Shown piece by piece: positions 1 through 9,957 of a stretch of DNA of 64,000 bases (position 1 is its first letter; the number at the start of each line of letters is the position of its first letter). The stretch spans positions 333,553 to 397,552 of the forward strand of contig CAZERI010000001.1 in assembly GCA_964515545.1 (NCBI GenBank), in the 5' to 3' direction. Below the pieces are notes generated by a model, which worked only from the letters and a program-made list of their open reading frames with translations, searched no databases and was not told where the DNA came from. The position numbers were made by a program, and so were the translations under genes. This DNA comes from an uncultured Gammaproteobacteria bacterium (GTDB lineage: Bacteria; Patescibacteriota; Microgenomatia; Levybacterales; UBA12049).

Positions 1-14
1 AGACCTATGTCGCA

Positions 15-518
15 ATGAAATTCGAGATTAATAATAAAAGATTTGCCAATACTCCTTTTTATATTCGAATGGGTAAAAAAATGCCTAAGGAAATTATGGA
101 AATCTCAATTGTCTTTCGTCAGACATGTCATATTCTCTTTAAAGAATACGGCTGCCCTGAAATTGGGAATGTGTTGACTATCAGGATTCAGCCGGATGAG
201 GGGATTAGCATGCGCTTTATTGCTAAAAAGCCTGGTACTAAATTAGCGCTGGAACCTGTTGAAATGAAATTTAGTTATCAGGAAGGCTTCGGCAGCAGAG
301 GCATCGATGCATACGAAAAAGTTCTTCTGGATATCCTTCATGGGGATCAGATGCTTTTTAATCGCACAGATGAATTAAGGAGTTCATGGGAATTTATTAC
401 CAGCATATTAGAAGGATGGAAAAATTTTAATCCGCCTCTCTATTCCTATGATGACGAGACCAATGGACCCCAAGAAGCAAAAGAATTGATAGAGCGGGAT
501 GGGAGGCGTTGGCTTTAA
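15..518 (+). CDS. zwf: glucose-6-phosphate dehydrogenase, C-terminal portion (5' end lies outside the window)
   Basis: The translation resembles the G6PD C-terminal domain (DAYE, LFNRTDEL, SWEFI, SYDDETNGP); the ORF runs from the window edge and overlaps the gnd start. Confidence 0.7.
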   Translation: MKFEINNKRFANTPFYIRMGKKMPKEIMEISIVFRQTCHILFKEYGCPEIGNVLTIRIQPDEGISMRFIAKKPGTKLALEPVEMKFSYQEGFGSRGIDAYEKVLLDILHGDQMLFNRTDELRSSWEFITSILEGWKNFNPPLYSYDDETNGPQEAKELIERDGRRWL

Positions 519-1453
519 TGCAAGTAGGATTTATAGGTCTTGGGAAAATGGGTACCAGGATGGTCGAAAAGCTACTTCTTGATGAACATACAGTAATTGG
601 CTGGAATCGTACTCCACAGGTTGTTGAAGAATTTCGATTAGTTCTTAAGGACAAAAAATTAGATGAGCATTTTATCGCAGTTGAGGATCTTAAAAGTTTG
701 GTCCACAGTCTTACATCACCTCGGCTGATTTGGGTGATGTTACCAGCAGGAGATGCTACTGAATCCGCGCTTTTGGAACTGGCAAAATATGCTGAAAAAG
801 GAGATATCATCATAGACGGGGGAAATGCATTTTATAAAGATACCCAGAGAAGGTATGATGATTTTAAAGATTACGGTATACGCTTTTTAGGAGTTGGAGT
901 AAGCGGGGGTATTAAAGCAGCCGAAAAGGGATTTCCTCTGATGGTAGGCGGTGACAAAGAAGGGTATGAAACTATAAAGCCAATCCTCAAGACACTCATC
1001 AAGCCCCATGGATCATATGATTATTTTGGTGAAGGCGGAGCTGGCCACTTCGTAAAAATGGTCCATAATGGCATTGAGTATGGAATGATGCAGGCAATTG
1101 GTGAAGGATATGGCGTACTTGAAAAAGCACCATATGAATTAGACTTAGTAAAGGTTGCTAGTCTCTGGCAGAAAAATACGATTGTTACGAGTTTTCTTAA
1201 TGATTGTGCATTGGAAGCATTGAAGAAAGATGCGGATCTTTCTAGTTTGGATGGAGTTATTGATGCGACTGGAGAGGCCGAGTGGACTGTCAATCAAGCT
1301 AAAGAGGAAGGAGTCTATGCTGAGAATATCGATCAATCATTGGATTTCCGTCGTCGATCAAAAACCGATAGGAAAGTCTCTTCCTCATTTGCTGCCAGGA
1401 TGGTAGCAGCCCTTCGCCATGAATTTGGCGGTCACGAAGTAAAAAAGAAATAA
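509..1453 (+). CDS. gnd: 6-phosphogluconate dehydrogenase (decarboxylating), short YqeC/Gnd-like form
   Basis: N-terminal Rossmann motif MQVGFIGLGKMG, and HNGIEYGMMQAIGEGY typical of 6PGDH; sits immediately downstream of zwf. Confidence 0.8.
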   Translation: MALMQVGFIGLGKMGTRMVEKLLLDEHTVIGWNRTPQVVEEFRLVLKDKKLDEHFIAVEDLKSLVHSLTSPRLIWVMLPAGDATESALLELAKYAEKGDIIIDGGNAFYKDTQRRYDDFKDYGIRFLGVGVSGGIKAAEKGFPLMVGGDKEGYETIKPILKTLIKPHGSYDYFGEGGAGHFVKMVHNGIEYGMMQAIGEGYGVLEKAPYELDLVKVASLWQKNTIVTSFLNDCALEALKKDADLSSLDGVIDATGEAEWTVNQAKEEGVYAENIDQSLDFRRRSKTDRKVSSSFAARMVAALRHEFGGHEVKKK

Positions 1454-1505
1454 TTTTATGACGAGAGATTTCCTCAAGACTACCGGAGTGATATAATTCC
1501 CCCTT

Positions 1506-2090
1506 ATGGTGGAGTCACACTATACATTTAGAGATTTAACAGCTGATAATGCTCTGGATGCTTTGGAGCTGCAGGAGAAAATCTCCGGTAAATTTTCAAG
1601 GGATGAGAAAGTGCTGTTCATTGATTTGACAGAAGAAGTAAATGAAGAAGCAGGTGAAATTGGAGGAGCGCAGAACGGATTCGTTGTGTATGATCAGGAA
1701 GTTCCCATCGCATATCTTGGGATTTCAGAGCCTTTTGTGGATGATGAGGAGATTCCAGGGCTGACACTACTTACGCAGGAGCTGGGAGGATTTGTCACTG
1801 ATCCTGAATATAGGAGTCTCAGCTTGCTTAACTCTATGCTTCGGCGTGTTCTGTCGACGCAAGATCCGGGTTTTATTTATTGTTATTCAGCGGATGCGCT
1901 TCTTGATACTTCCTACAAAGGGCTTAGCAAAGCAGGAGTCCAGAAGTGGTTAAGAAAAAATGGATATTCAGTCGTCCTTAAAGATAATTCGTATGAAGAA
2001 GAGATAGATAATGACCGATATGGTAAAAGTAATCCTGTCTTTCTTTATCCATCATTTTTGGATGCAATTGCCGATGTTGTTTTAGAATAA
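1506..2090 (+). CDS. hypothetical acidic protein
   Basis: Intact 194-aa ORF in the same direction as the flanking genes; no recognisable motif. Confidence 0.45.
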   Translation: MVESHYTFRDLTADNALDALELQEKISGKFSRDEKVLFIDLTEEVNEEAGEIGGAQNGFVVYDQEVPIAYLGISEPFVDDEEIPGLTLLTQELGGFVTDPEYRSLSLLNSMLRRVLSTQDPGFIYCYSADALLDTSYKGLSKAGVQKWLRKNGYSVVLKDNSYEEEIDNDRYGKSNPVFLYPSFLDAIADVVLE

Positions 2091-2095
2091 GTTAT

Positions 2096-2428
2096 ATGAT
2101 TAGTTATCAGGATTTTGAAAAAATTGATATTAGAGTTGGTGAAATAATTGCTGTGCAGGATTTTCCTGAGGCGAGAAAGCCAGCGTATAAATTAACGATT
2201 GATTTTGGGGAAGAGGTTGGCATCAAAAAATCATCAGCTCAAGTTCTAGCCAATTACACGAAAGAGGATTTATTGCATAAACAAGTGATGGGCGTAGTTA
2301 ATTTCCCTCCCAAACAAATCGGACCTTTTATCTCAGAAGTACTAACACTAGGAGTTGAGGATGAGTCAGGGAATGTCGTTTTGCTTATGCCGACAAAGAA
2401 AGCCAAGCTAGGCAGTAAGATGTTTTGA
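2096..2428 (+). CDS. tRNA-binding domain protein (CsaA/Trbp111/EMAP-like OB fold)
   Basis: 110 aa; the pattern IDIRVGEII..., KLTIDFGEE and VVNFPPKQIG matches the tRNA-binding OB domain. Confidence 0.65.
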   Translation: MISYQDFEKIDIRVGEIIAVQDFPEARKPAYKLTIDFGEEVGIKKSSAQVLANYTKEDLLHKQVMGVVNFPPKQIGPFISEVLTLGVEDESGNVVLLMPTKKAKLGSKMF

Positions 2429-2447
2429 TGATATACTGAAAAAAATT

Positions 2448-3671
2448 ATGAAATATTCCCAACTATTTACTAAAACACTACGTAATGCTCCTAAAGAAGC
2501 AGAGACAATAAACCATCAGCTTTTAACCCAAGCGGGGTTTGTTAACCAGTTAATGGCAGGAGTCTATAGCTATATGCCTCTTGGCCTACGAGTTCTTCGA
2601 AAGATTAGCCAAATAGTTAGGGAAGAGATGGATGCTATTAATGGTCAGGAAGTTCTGATGGGGACACTCCATCCAAAAGAAATTTGGGAGACAACTGGTG
2701 CATGGGATAGTGTAGATGTGCTTTTCAAAATTAAGAGTCGTACTCAACGGGACTATGCTTTGGGCCAAAGTGCCGAGGAAGTCGTGACTCCACTAGTTAT
2801 GCAGTATGTAACTTCCTATAAAGATCTGCCAAAGGCAGTTTATCAAATTCATTGGAAGTATCGGGATGAGTTACGTGCAAAATCAGGTATTCTACGCGGA
2901 CGTGAATTCTTAATGAAGGATATGTATTCCTTTCATGAAGATCAAGCAGATTTTGATAGATTTTATGACATAGTAAAGAAAGCGTATCTAAGAGCTTTTA
3001 CGCGGATGGGGCTAGTTGCAAAAGTTACTGAAGCATCGGGAGGAAGCTTCAGTGAGAAGATTTCTTATGAGTTTATGGTCTTAACCGATGCAGGAGAGGA
3101 TGATATTTTATATTGTGCAACATGCGAGTTCTGCGTCAATGTTGAAATCGCAAAAGTTGCAGAAGGTGATGATTGTCCTAAATGTGGGAAAAGTACGCTG
3201 CAAATTGCTAGGGCATCAGAGGCAGGCAATGTTTTTGATCTGGGGCAGAAATATGGTAAGAGTTTTGATTTAGGATTTATTGGGCGGGATGGAGGCAAGC
3301 ACTATCCAGTAATGGGCTGTTTTGGAATTGGCATTACCCGTAATATGGGCATCATTGTAGAAAAACATCATGATGATCGGGGTATTATCTGGCCTGAGAC
3401 AGTTGCTCCTTTCCAGGTACATCTGGTCGGACTTAATGAAAGATCTGAAGGAATTTACACAAGACTGCAGGAAGCAGGGATTGAAGTCCTCTTTGATGAT
3501 CGTACTGAAGTAAATGCAGGGGAGAAATTTGCCGATGCAGATTTGATCGGTATTCCTGTACGGCTCGTTGTCAGTAATAAAACAGGCGAACAAGTTGAGT
3601 GGAAAAAAAGAGATAGTAACGAGACAGAATTACTAGAAATCGATACTATCATTAATCGTCTTCAAAAATAA
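2448..3671 (+). CDS. proS: prolyl-tRNA synthetase, minimal form lacking the editing (INS) domain
   Basis: Class II aaRS motifs aligned by eye to bacterial ProRS (YSYMPLGLRVLRKI..IVREEM, FLMKDMYSFH, GCFGIGITR, IIWPETVAPFQV). A CxxC...CxxC insertion (CATCEFC...CPKCGK) replaces the editing domain. Confidence 0.8.
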   Translation: MKYSQLFTKTLRNAPKEAETINHQLLTQAGFVNQLMAGVYSYMPLGLRVLRKISQIVREEMDAINGQEVLMGTLHPKEIWETTGAWDSVDVLFKIKSRTQRDYALGQSAEEVVTPLVMQYVTSYKDLPKAVYQIHWKYRDELRAKSGILRGREFLMKDMYSFHEDQADFDRFYDIVKKAYLRAFTRMGLVAKVTEASGGSFSEKISYEFMVLTDAGEDDILYCATCEFCVNVEIAKVAEGDDCPKCGKSTLQIARASEAGNVFDLGQKYGKSFDLGFIGRDGGKHYPVMGCFGIGITRNMGIIVEKHHDDRGIIWPETVAPFQVHLVGLNERSEGIYTRLQEAGIEVLFDDRTEVNAGEKFADADLIGIPVRLVVSNKTGEQVEWKKRDSNETELLEIDTIINRLQK

Positions 3672-4298
3672 CTATTTCGGAAGTGGAAGGAACCCCAAAA
3701 TATCTATGTGGAAGATAAAAATCCACACTGCTGTATAGCCTATGAGGAGAAGCGGAATGAGAGCTAAAAGGAGCATTTTTTTCGGTGAAGAGCTTTTATC
3801 TCCAGATTTCTTTTCTTTTTCGGTTTTGGCTGCCTTGTTATTTACCACGCCATAAATTGTACTTGATGGGGTAACTGGAGCTGAATGAGGATTTGAAGAA
3901 ATACTGCTGATTGTCGGCGTTGGAGTAGCATATTTTGCTGCTAGAGCTGCATAGTCTACTGTAGATTTACCAAGAGGGGTTTGGGATGGAGATGATCCTA
4001 TAGGAGACTCGGGAGGAGTTGTCGCTTCATGCGGCTTATCTGGTACAGCTTGAGATGGATTTGGGACAGCAGGAGGTGTCTGTTGAGACAGGGGCGATTC
4101 TGGAGTTTTGGGAGGAGTAGGCACTGAGGATGCTACAGGAGATGGCATGGATACTGGCGAAGGCGGAGCTACAGGCATGACTGGTGCTTGAGGAGTTGTC
4201 TGTGGAGGCGGAGACGCTTTCGGGTTAGCAGTACCCATGACTCTGTCATAAACTTCTTTTAACTTTGGGTCAAGACTGGAGGCAGTTTTTGGGTCCAT
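3672..4298 (-). CDS. Pro/Ser/Thr-rich membrane-anchored protein (C-terminal TM)
   Basis: Low-complexity P/T/S-rich region followed by a hydrophobic helix LLLALIPLLLIGYTAVWIFIF. Confidence 0.45.
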   Translation of the reverse strand: MDPKTASSLDPKLKEVYDRVMGTANPKASPPPQTTPQAPVMPVAPPSPVSMPSPVASSVPTPPKTPESPLSQQTPPAVPNPSQAVPDKPHEATTPPESPIGSSPSQTPLGKSTVDYAALAAKYATPTPTISSISSNPHSAPVTPSSTIYGVVNNKAAKTEKEKKSGDKSSSPKKMLLLALIPLLLIGYTAVWIFIFHIDILGFLPLPK

Positions 4299-4377
4299 AA
4301 TTGAAGAGTTGCTTGAACTCTCATTTTATGATCTTGCATTGCAAGACTTTTGTCAAGTTTGTTGCTATACTACACCC

Positions 4378-5304
4378 ATGAAAATTATTGTTACTCATAC
4401 TTCACCAGACTGGGATGCGATAGGTTCTGTTTGGCTTATCAAGACATTTTTAGCTGGATGGCAGGAAGCTAAAGTTGAATTTGTCCCCGCAGGAAGTAGA
4501 AGCCCACGTTTAAAAGATCTTGAAAAAATACCTGAAGAAGTAATTGTCAACGTCGGAGAAGATGAAATTATTCATGTTGATACAGGACTTATGGCTCTTG
4601 ATCATCACCAGACTGCAGATCAAAGAGTCTGTGCAGCTACCAGAACATGGGATTACATTCAGTCACACTTTATTGAAGCTCATAACGAAATGAAGAGTGA
4701 GCATAGGGAAGCAATTTCTCGAGTAGTAGCAGTCATTCTGGCAGACGATCATTTCAGAGAGGTTTTTTGGGCTGATCCGACTGCTGATTATCACGAATTT
4801 TCACTTATCGGTGTTTTGGAAGGATTAAAGTTAGCCAAACCAAATCAGGATGATTACTACGTAACATTTGGGATGGAGTGCTTAAATGCTTTGGTACATA
4901 CATTTGAGAGCAGGATTTGGGCAGAAAAAGAAATTGCAGATAATGGTGTCACTTTCCCTTTAAAAAAGATGGAAAACCTGCCAGCCACCAGGCAGGGCAT
5001 TGCCTTTGAGACGCTGAATGATAATGTCATTAAGCTTGCGCAAAAAATGGGATACTTACTTGTTGTTCGCAAAGATCCGAGGAAAGGATATGTCAGGATT
5101 AAGCTAAGGCCTGCATCAAATAAGCTTGATGACTTGGATCTTACTCCCGCTTATGAAAAGCTTCATAAGATTGATCCTAAAGCAACCTGGTTTTTGCATG
5201 TGTCTAAAAAAATGCTTCTTAACGGAACCTCAAAAAATCCTGATATGGTAGCAACTCAGTTAACACTCGAACAAATTATTGATGTTTTGAAGAATTTATA
5301 TTAG
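4378..5304 (+). CDS. DHH-family phosphoesterase
   Basis: DHH motif I HTSPDWDAIGS near the N-terminus; the start was moved to the internal ATG (MKIIVTH) from the ORF-track start at 4309. Confidence 0.6.
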   Translation: MKIIVTHTSPDWDAIGSVWLIKTFLAGWQEAKVEFVPAGSRSPRLKDLEKIPEEVIVNVGEDEIIHVDTGLMALDHHQTADQRVCAATRTWDYIQSHFIEAHNEMKSEHREAISRVVAVILADDHFREVFWADPTADYHEFSLIGVLEGLKLAKPNQDDYYVTFGMECLNALVHTFESRIWAEKEIADNGVTFPLKKMENLPATRQGIAFETLNDNVIKLAQKMGYLLVVRKDPRKGYVRIKLRPASNKLDDLDLTPAYEKLHKIDPKATWFLHVSKKMLLNGTSKNPDMVATQLTLEQIIDVLKNLY

Positions 5305-5314
5305 TATCATCGGT

Positions 5315-5644
5315 ATGGACGACTGTATTTTTTGTAAAATTGCCAAGAAAGAAATCCCAAAAGAATTTATTTTTGAGGATGAAGATATTATGGTCTTCCC
5401 TGATATCAAGCCGGTAAAACCAATCCACCTTTTAATTATCCCCAAATCACATATTAAAGAACTGCATGTTCTCGATAATCCAGCTCTTTTTGAGAAAATT
5501 GGAAAGGTATTACAACAAATGATTTTAAAAATGCAGCTTGAGAACAAAGGATATCGAGTAGTTATCAATGGCGGTGGTGCCCAGCTTGTGGACCACCTCC
5601 ATATCCATCTCATGGGCCCAATGAGTAAAGACGCTTCATTCTAA
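5315..5644 (+). CDS. HIT-family (histidine triad) nucleotide hydrolase
   Basis: C-terminal histidine triad HLHIHLMG; N-terminal CIFCKI typical of HINT proteins. Confidence 0.8.
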   Translation: MDDCIFCKIAKKEIPKEFIFEDEDIMVFPDIKPVKPIHLLIIPKSHIKELHVLDNPALFEKIGKVLQQMILKMQLENKGYRVVINGGGAQLVDHLHIHLMGPMSKDASF

Positions 5645-5843
5645 CGCAAAATAAGTGTTTGATCGTCAGATAGGCCTAACTGCCGGTAGGCGGGTTTACA
5701 AAAAGTACCCTTTTGGAGTAAAATAGATCCCTAGATTGTAATTTCGAAGCTCGAAATAACAAATCCGAAATAAATCCAAAATACAAAAGTTTCGAATTTC
5801 AATATTCTAATTTCGGATTTTTATAAGGAGGTGTTTTTTATTA

Positions 5844-6025
5844 TGGTATCTGTAAAAAAACAACCAGGTGATAGTGATGATGCGATTATTCGTAAGTTTT
5901 CTCGTAAAGTAATTGATGCGGGAATTGTAAACGAAGCAAAACGTCGTCAATTCTACCTCAAGCCATCCCTCGCGAAAAAATTAAAGGCTGAAGAATCTCG
6001 TAGGGCTAGGAAAAAGATCGTATAG
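5844..6025 (+). CDS. rpsU: 30S ribosomal protein S21
   Basis: MVSVKKQPGDSDDAIIRKFSRKV...EAKRRQFYLKPS..RRARKK matches S21; AGGAGG sits 12 nt upstream of this ATG, and the GTG at 5831 in the ORF track overlaps that SD. Confidence 0.8.
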
Positions 6026-6127
6026 CTTGCTTATAGCAAATGGCTAAGAACATATGGTACGTAAGGAAATCTTTATGAAATTCCTTTGGATTATAAGCAA
6101 TATGCCATAGGCTATATGCTCTAAATT

Positions 6128-6511
6128 ATGGCTGACGTAAAAATTCTCACTTTTGTTGAAAGTAGATATAAGGTAAATCGGAAAAAAATTAAAGAAGCAA
6201 TTCACGATGTACTTGATATGAAAAATATCACGAGTAAATGTGAGGTGTCTCTTGCATTTATTGGTGATCGTAAGATGCATGCGTTGAATCTCAAATTCCG
6301 CAATCTGGACAAGACGACTAACATTCTTTCATTTCCTTTAAGCGAAGGTGAGCAGACACCGCTTCCGAGTGGAGTTATCCGTCTAGGTGATATAGTCATT
6401 TCTTATCCGCAGATTATTAAAGAAGCTGCTAGAGATGAAATGATGGTCGATGATAAGATTAACGATCTTGTCCAGCACGGCCTGTTACATTTGCTTGGGG
6501 AGCATCACTAG
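6128..6511 (+). CDS. ybeY: rRNA maturation endoribonuclease YbeY
   Basis: C-terminal HGLLHLLGEHH (H-x3-H-x5-H zinc motif of YbeY), 127 aa. Confidence 0.85.
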   Translation: MADVKILTFVESRYKVNRKKIKEAIHDVLDMKNITSKCEVSLAFIGDRKMHALNLKFRNLDKTTNILSFPLSEGEQTPLPSGVIRLGDIVISYPQIIKEAARDEMMVDDKINDLVQHGLLHLLGEHH

Positions 6512-6578
6512 CCTAGCATATAGCACATGCGAATTGTTAATGGTTACATTAGGAATACTATTTGCCATTTACTAAATT

Positions 6579-8105
6579 ATGGTTTTTTATCGCAAATATC
6601 GTCCACAAAAAATAAATGAGTTAGATAGTAATTCTGTCCGACACAAGCTTTTCTCTCTCTTACGTAATTCCGCTCCTACCTTTTTACAGACTCCTCATGC
6701 ATTTCTATTTACCGGACCCAAGGGGCTAGGTAAAACTTCAACAGCAAGAATTGTGGCTAAGGTTATTAATTGTACGGGTCGTAAAGATACTTCTGGAAAA
6801 GATATAGAACCTTGTAATGAGTGTGAACAATGTATATCAATCACAAGTGGTAATAATTTGGATGTCTATGAGATAGACGCTGCGTCAAATCGTGGAATTG
6901 ATGAGATACGCGATCTGAAAGAAAAAATCCGTCTTTCTCCAGTCAGTGCAAAAAAGAAGGTTTATATCATTGATGAAGTTCATATGCTCACTACAGAAGC
7001 ATTTAATGCATTACTTAAAACATTGGAAGAGCCTCCAGATCACGCAGTCTTTATATTATGTACTACTGAATTTCATAAAGTTCCCGCGACAATTTTGTCT
7101 AGATGTCTGCATATTACTTTTAAAAGAGCAACAACGGAAGAGTTAGTAAGAGCCTTTAAGAGAATTGTAGAAGGTGAGGGGTTAAAGGTAAGTGATGAAG
7201 TTCTTAATAAAATTGCGAAATTATCAGATGGCGGATTTAGAGATGGGACTAAGATTCTGGAAGAGTTAGCTGCCCTTAGTGGAAAAGGCTTGATAACAGA
7301 AGCACTCTTTGAAGAGAAGCATCAGGTTAGCAGCATCCATACTAAAATAGAGAATCTTCTTAAAGCCTGTCAGGATCGTGATATAAAAACTGCATTTGAG
7401 ATAGTCTCCCATCTTCAAAGTGAAGGAGTAGATATATCTTATTTTCTTTCAGAACTTATCCTTACTCTCCACACAGTACTTCTTGGGAGGGTGGGAATTG
7501 AGACAGACAGTTTCTCCGAGACAAATTTCGATATTACAGACATTAAACAGCTAATCTCTCTTTTTTCCCGTGCTTCAGGTGAGATGAAATATGCAGTAGT
7601 TCCCACGCTTCCGCTTGAGTTAGCGGTAATTGAATGGTGTCAAAACGTAGGAGGCTTAAGCACCAATGACGCAGGATTTTCAAGAGAGAAGGTTGTTACA
7701 AAAGAAGAAATTACTGTTTCTACACTCCGTAGGCAGGCTGGTAATATGGCTAAAGAGAGAGCTGTTCATGGTGACACTGTCGAGAAAGCAGCCCGTGTTA
7801 AAAGTGATCCAGCAGAGGTAAGTATTTTGAAGTATCGGGCCACAGGTGATCATACTCAGGAATGGATGGATGCTTTATGGAAGAATGCACTAAGTGAAAT
7901 CAAAAACCACAATCATATGATTGCTGGAGTTTTAAGATCTTGTCGCTTAGTCTCATATGACCGTGAGGTTCTTATCATTGAAGCTGTCGCTCCCTTTCAT
8001 AAAGAAAAATTGGAAGAAACTAAGGCTTTTGCAGCTCTTACTGATGTATGTATCAAACTTATTGGCAATCCGGTTCAGATTAAGATAGAATTGAAATCAA
8101 ATTAG
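6579..8105 (+). CDS. dnaX: DNA polymerase III subunit gamma/tau
   Basis: YRKYRPQKINEL, Walker A GPKGLGKTSTARIVAK, zinc module CNECEQC, IIDEVHML, and the ILCTTEF/SRC sensor motifs. Confidence 0.85.
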   Translation: MVFYRKYRPQKINELDSNSVRHKLFSLLRNSAPTFLQTPHAFLFTGPKGLGKTSTARIVAKVINCTGRKDTSGKDIEPCNECEQCISITSGNNLDVYEIDAASNRGIDEIRDLKEKIRLSPVSAKKKVYIIDEVHMLTTEAFNALLKTLEEPPDHAVFILCTTEFHKVPATILSRCLHITFKRATTEELVRAFKRIVEGEGLKVSDEVLNKIAKLSDGGFRDGTKILEELAALSGKGLITEALFEEKHQVSSIHTKIENLLKACQDRDIKTAFEIVSHLQSEGVDISYFLSELILTLHTVLLGRVGIETDSFSETNFDITDIKQLISLFSRASGEMKYAVVPTLPLELAVIEWCQNVGGLSTNDAGFSREKVVTKEEITVSTLRRQAGNMAKERAVHGDTVEKAARVKSDPAEVSILKYRATGDHTQEWMDALWKNALSEIKNHNHMIAGVLRSCRLVSYDREVLIIEAVAPFHKEKLEETKAFAALTDVCIKLIGNPVQIKIELKSN

Positions 8106-8125
8106 AGAAAGGTGGTGATTTATAT

Positions 8126-8416
8126 ATGCAGAATCCATTTGGACAATTAGGCGAACTTAAAAAAATGCGTGATCAAGCGATGCAGATTCAGCGCCAGTTA
8201 GCAGCTGAGGAGATAACTGTTGAAAAAAAAGGAGTTTCAATCATCATCACAGGTGATCAAAAAATTAAAGAAATCCAAACGAATGGTAAGTCTGACAAAG
8301 ATATTGCCGAAGCAGTCAATGAAGCAGTTAAAAAATCACAAGAAATTGCAGCTAAAAAACTCCAGGAAATGTCAGGAGGACTCGGCGGACTTCTGGGGGG
8401 AATGGGAGGCAAATAG
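8126..8416 (+). CDS. ybaB: nucleoid-associated protein YbaB/EbfC
   Basis: 96 aa; MQNPFGQLGELKKMRDQAMQIQRQL is the typical YbaB N-terminus; sits between dnaX and recR, a conserved synteny. Confidence 0.8.
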   Translation: MQNPFGQLGELKKMRDQAMQIQRQLAAEEITVEKKGVSIIITGDQKIKEIQTNGKSDKDIAEAVNEAVKKSQEIAAKKLQEMSGGLGGLLGGMGGK

Positions 8417-8967
8417 TGTTTCCTCCTGGGACAATAATTTCGGAATTTACTTCAAAAAAGGGCAAGCAAATTGTCTTTCGTCTCGTTTGTGAAGATGATC
8501 TTGAGCAGATGCATAGCTATGTGAATCATCTAAGTAGAGAAGATACGTTTGTTTCATTTAGTGGTGAGCAGCTGACTCTTGAGGAGGAAAAGAAGTATCT
8601 TGATGAGAAGTTAGGGCATCTTAGTAGAGGGGATGGGTTTTTGTTGGCTGCAACATACCAAGATAACATTGTCGGCTTGGCTGATATTAGCCGGATGAAA
8701 AGACGCTCCAAACACGTTGGATACCTCGCCATTAGCCTTTCTTCTGAATATCGTGAGGAAGGCATAGGCAGTGAATTAATCCAAACGCTTTGTGAGCTTG
8801 GCAAAAAAATCGGGTTTCAAATGGTAGAGCTGGCTGTATACTCTGTTAATGAACGGGGAATCCACGTCTATGAAAAAGTGGGTTTTGTAGAGGTTGGCAG
8901 AATTCCTAAAAAAGCATTATTCCATGGTGAGCTAGTCGATGAGATTATTATGGTGAAGTTTTTATAG
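8416..8967 (+). CDS. GNAT-family N-acetyltransferase
   Basis: Acetyl-CoA binding segment EYREEGIGSELIQ and overall GNAT pattern. Confidence 0.65.
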   Translation: MFPPGTIISEFTSKKGKQIVFRLVCEDDLEQMHSYVNHLSREDTFVSFSGEQLTLEEEKKYLDEKLGHLSRGDGFLLAATYQDNIVGLADISRMKRRSKHVGYLAISLSSEYREEGIGSELIQTLCELGKKIGFQMVELAVYSVNERGIHVYEKVGFVEVGRIPKKALFHGELVDEIIMVKFL

Positions 8968-9010
8968 AGCTGCTTGATTATTCAGGTTCTTCTTTGTAGT
9001 ATAGAGCTAC

Positions 9011-9907
9011 ATGAAACTCTTCAGCGGTAATTCTAATAAGCCCCTAGCAGAAAAAATCGCAGCCAAATTAGGTATTAACGTTTCTCCTGCTGAGATCTTT
9101 ATTTTCCCTGATGGAGAGAGACGTATCCAGATCCAAGACAGGGTCATTGATGAGGATGTTATTATCGTTCAGCCCACCACTCCTCCTGTGGATACCAGTT
9201 ACTTTGAATTATTTTTTCTTGCAGATGCAGCTAAGAGAAGCGGAGCCAGATCAGTCACTGCGGTTGTTCCTTATCTAGGCTACCAACGTCAGGATCACGT
9301 TTTTCGAGATGGAGAAGCAGTCTCGCTTGAAGTTATCGTGAACACGATGCAGTCGGTGAGTATTGATAAAGTAATTTCTTTTGATTTGCATACAGTTAAA
9401 ATCCCTGAAGTTTTTTCTATCCCTATGGTTCATCTCTCAGCGCTTGAACTTTTTGCCGAGGAGATAAAAAAACAAGGGTGGGCTGGCCTCGATACTGTTC
9501 TCGTCTCACCAGATATGGGTGGAATTAGAAGAATTGAAATGCTCTCCAAGATGTTATCTGACATGCCTTACGTCACTATTGAGAAGAATCGTGATTTAGC
9601 AACAGGGCAGGTGGAGATGGCAGACATAACAGGCGAAGTGACACACAGAGTAGTTATCGTTGATGATATGATTTCAAGTGGAAAAACTATCGTAAAAGCA
9701 GCGGAAGCACTAAAGAAAAAAGGCGCGAAGGAAGTTTATGTTTTTGTGACTCACCCTGTATTCTCAGAAGACGCAGCAGAGATTCTTGAGGAATCCAGTG
9801 TAGATAAAGTCTACGTCACAGATTCTGTTTTCGTTCCCAAAGAAAAGCATTTCCCCAAACTCCATATCTTATCTCTGGCTGAGATGATCGCAAGCGCATT
9901 AAAGTAA
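9011..9907 (+). CDS. prs: ribose-phosphate pyrophosphokinase
   Basis: MKLFSGNSNKPLAEKIA N-terminus and PRPP-binding loop VVIVDDMISSGKT. Confidence 0.85.
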   Translation: MKLFSGNSNKPLAEKIAAKLGINVSPAEIFIFPDGERRIQIQDRVIDEDVIIVQPTTPPVDTSYFELFFLADAAKRSGARSVTAVVPYLGYQRQDHVFRDGEAVSLEVIVNTMQSVSIDKVISFDLHTVKIPEVFSIPMVHLSALELFAEEIKKQGWAGLDTVLVSPDMGGIRRIEMLSKMLSDMPYVTIEKNRDLATGQVEMADITGEVTHRVVIVDDMISSGKTIVKAAEALKKKGAKEVYVFVTHPVFSEDAAEILEESSVDKVYVTDSVFVPKEKHFPKLHILSLAEMIASALK

Positions 9908-9957
9908 TGGTTTGGCTTGAGAAATTGAGGCTCATATGGTAGTCTTAGGTATTCTTT

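Noticed and set aside
5645-5843. ncRNA in the rpsU upstream region (repeated AATTTCGAA/TCCGAAAT units)
   Set aside because: It is AT-rich with short imperfect direct and inverted repeats, consistent with a promoter/UP-element region. No stable extended structure or tRNA-like fold was found.
8220-8492. 90-aa ORF overlapping ybaB in another frame
   Set aside because: K-rich frame-shifted shadow of the well-supported ybaB and GNAT genes.
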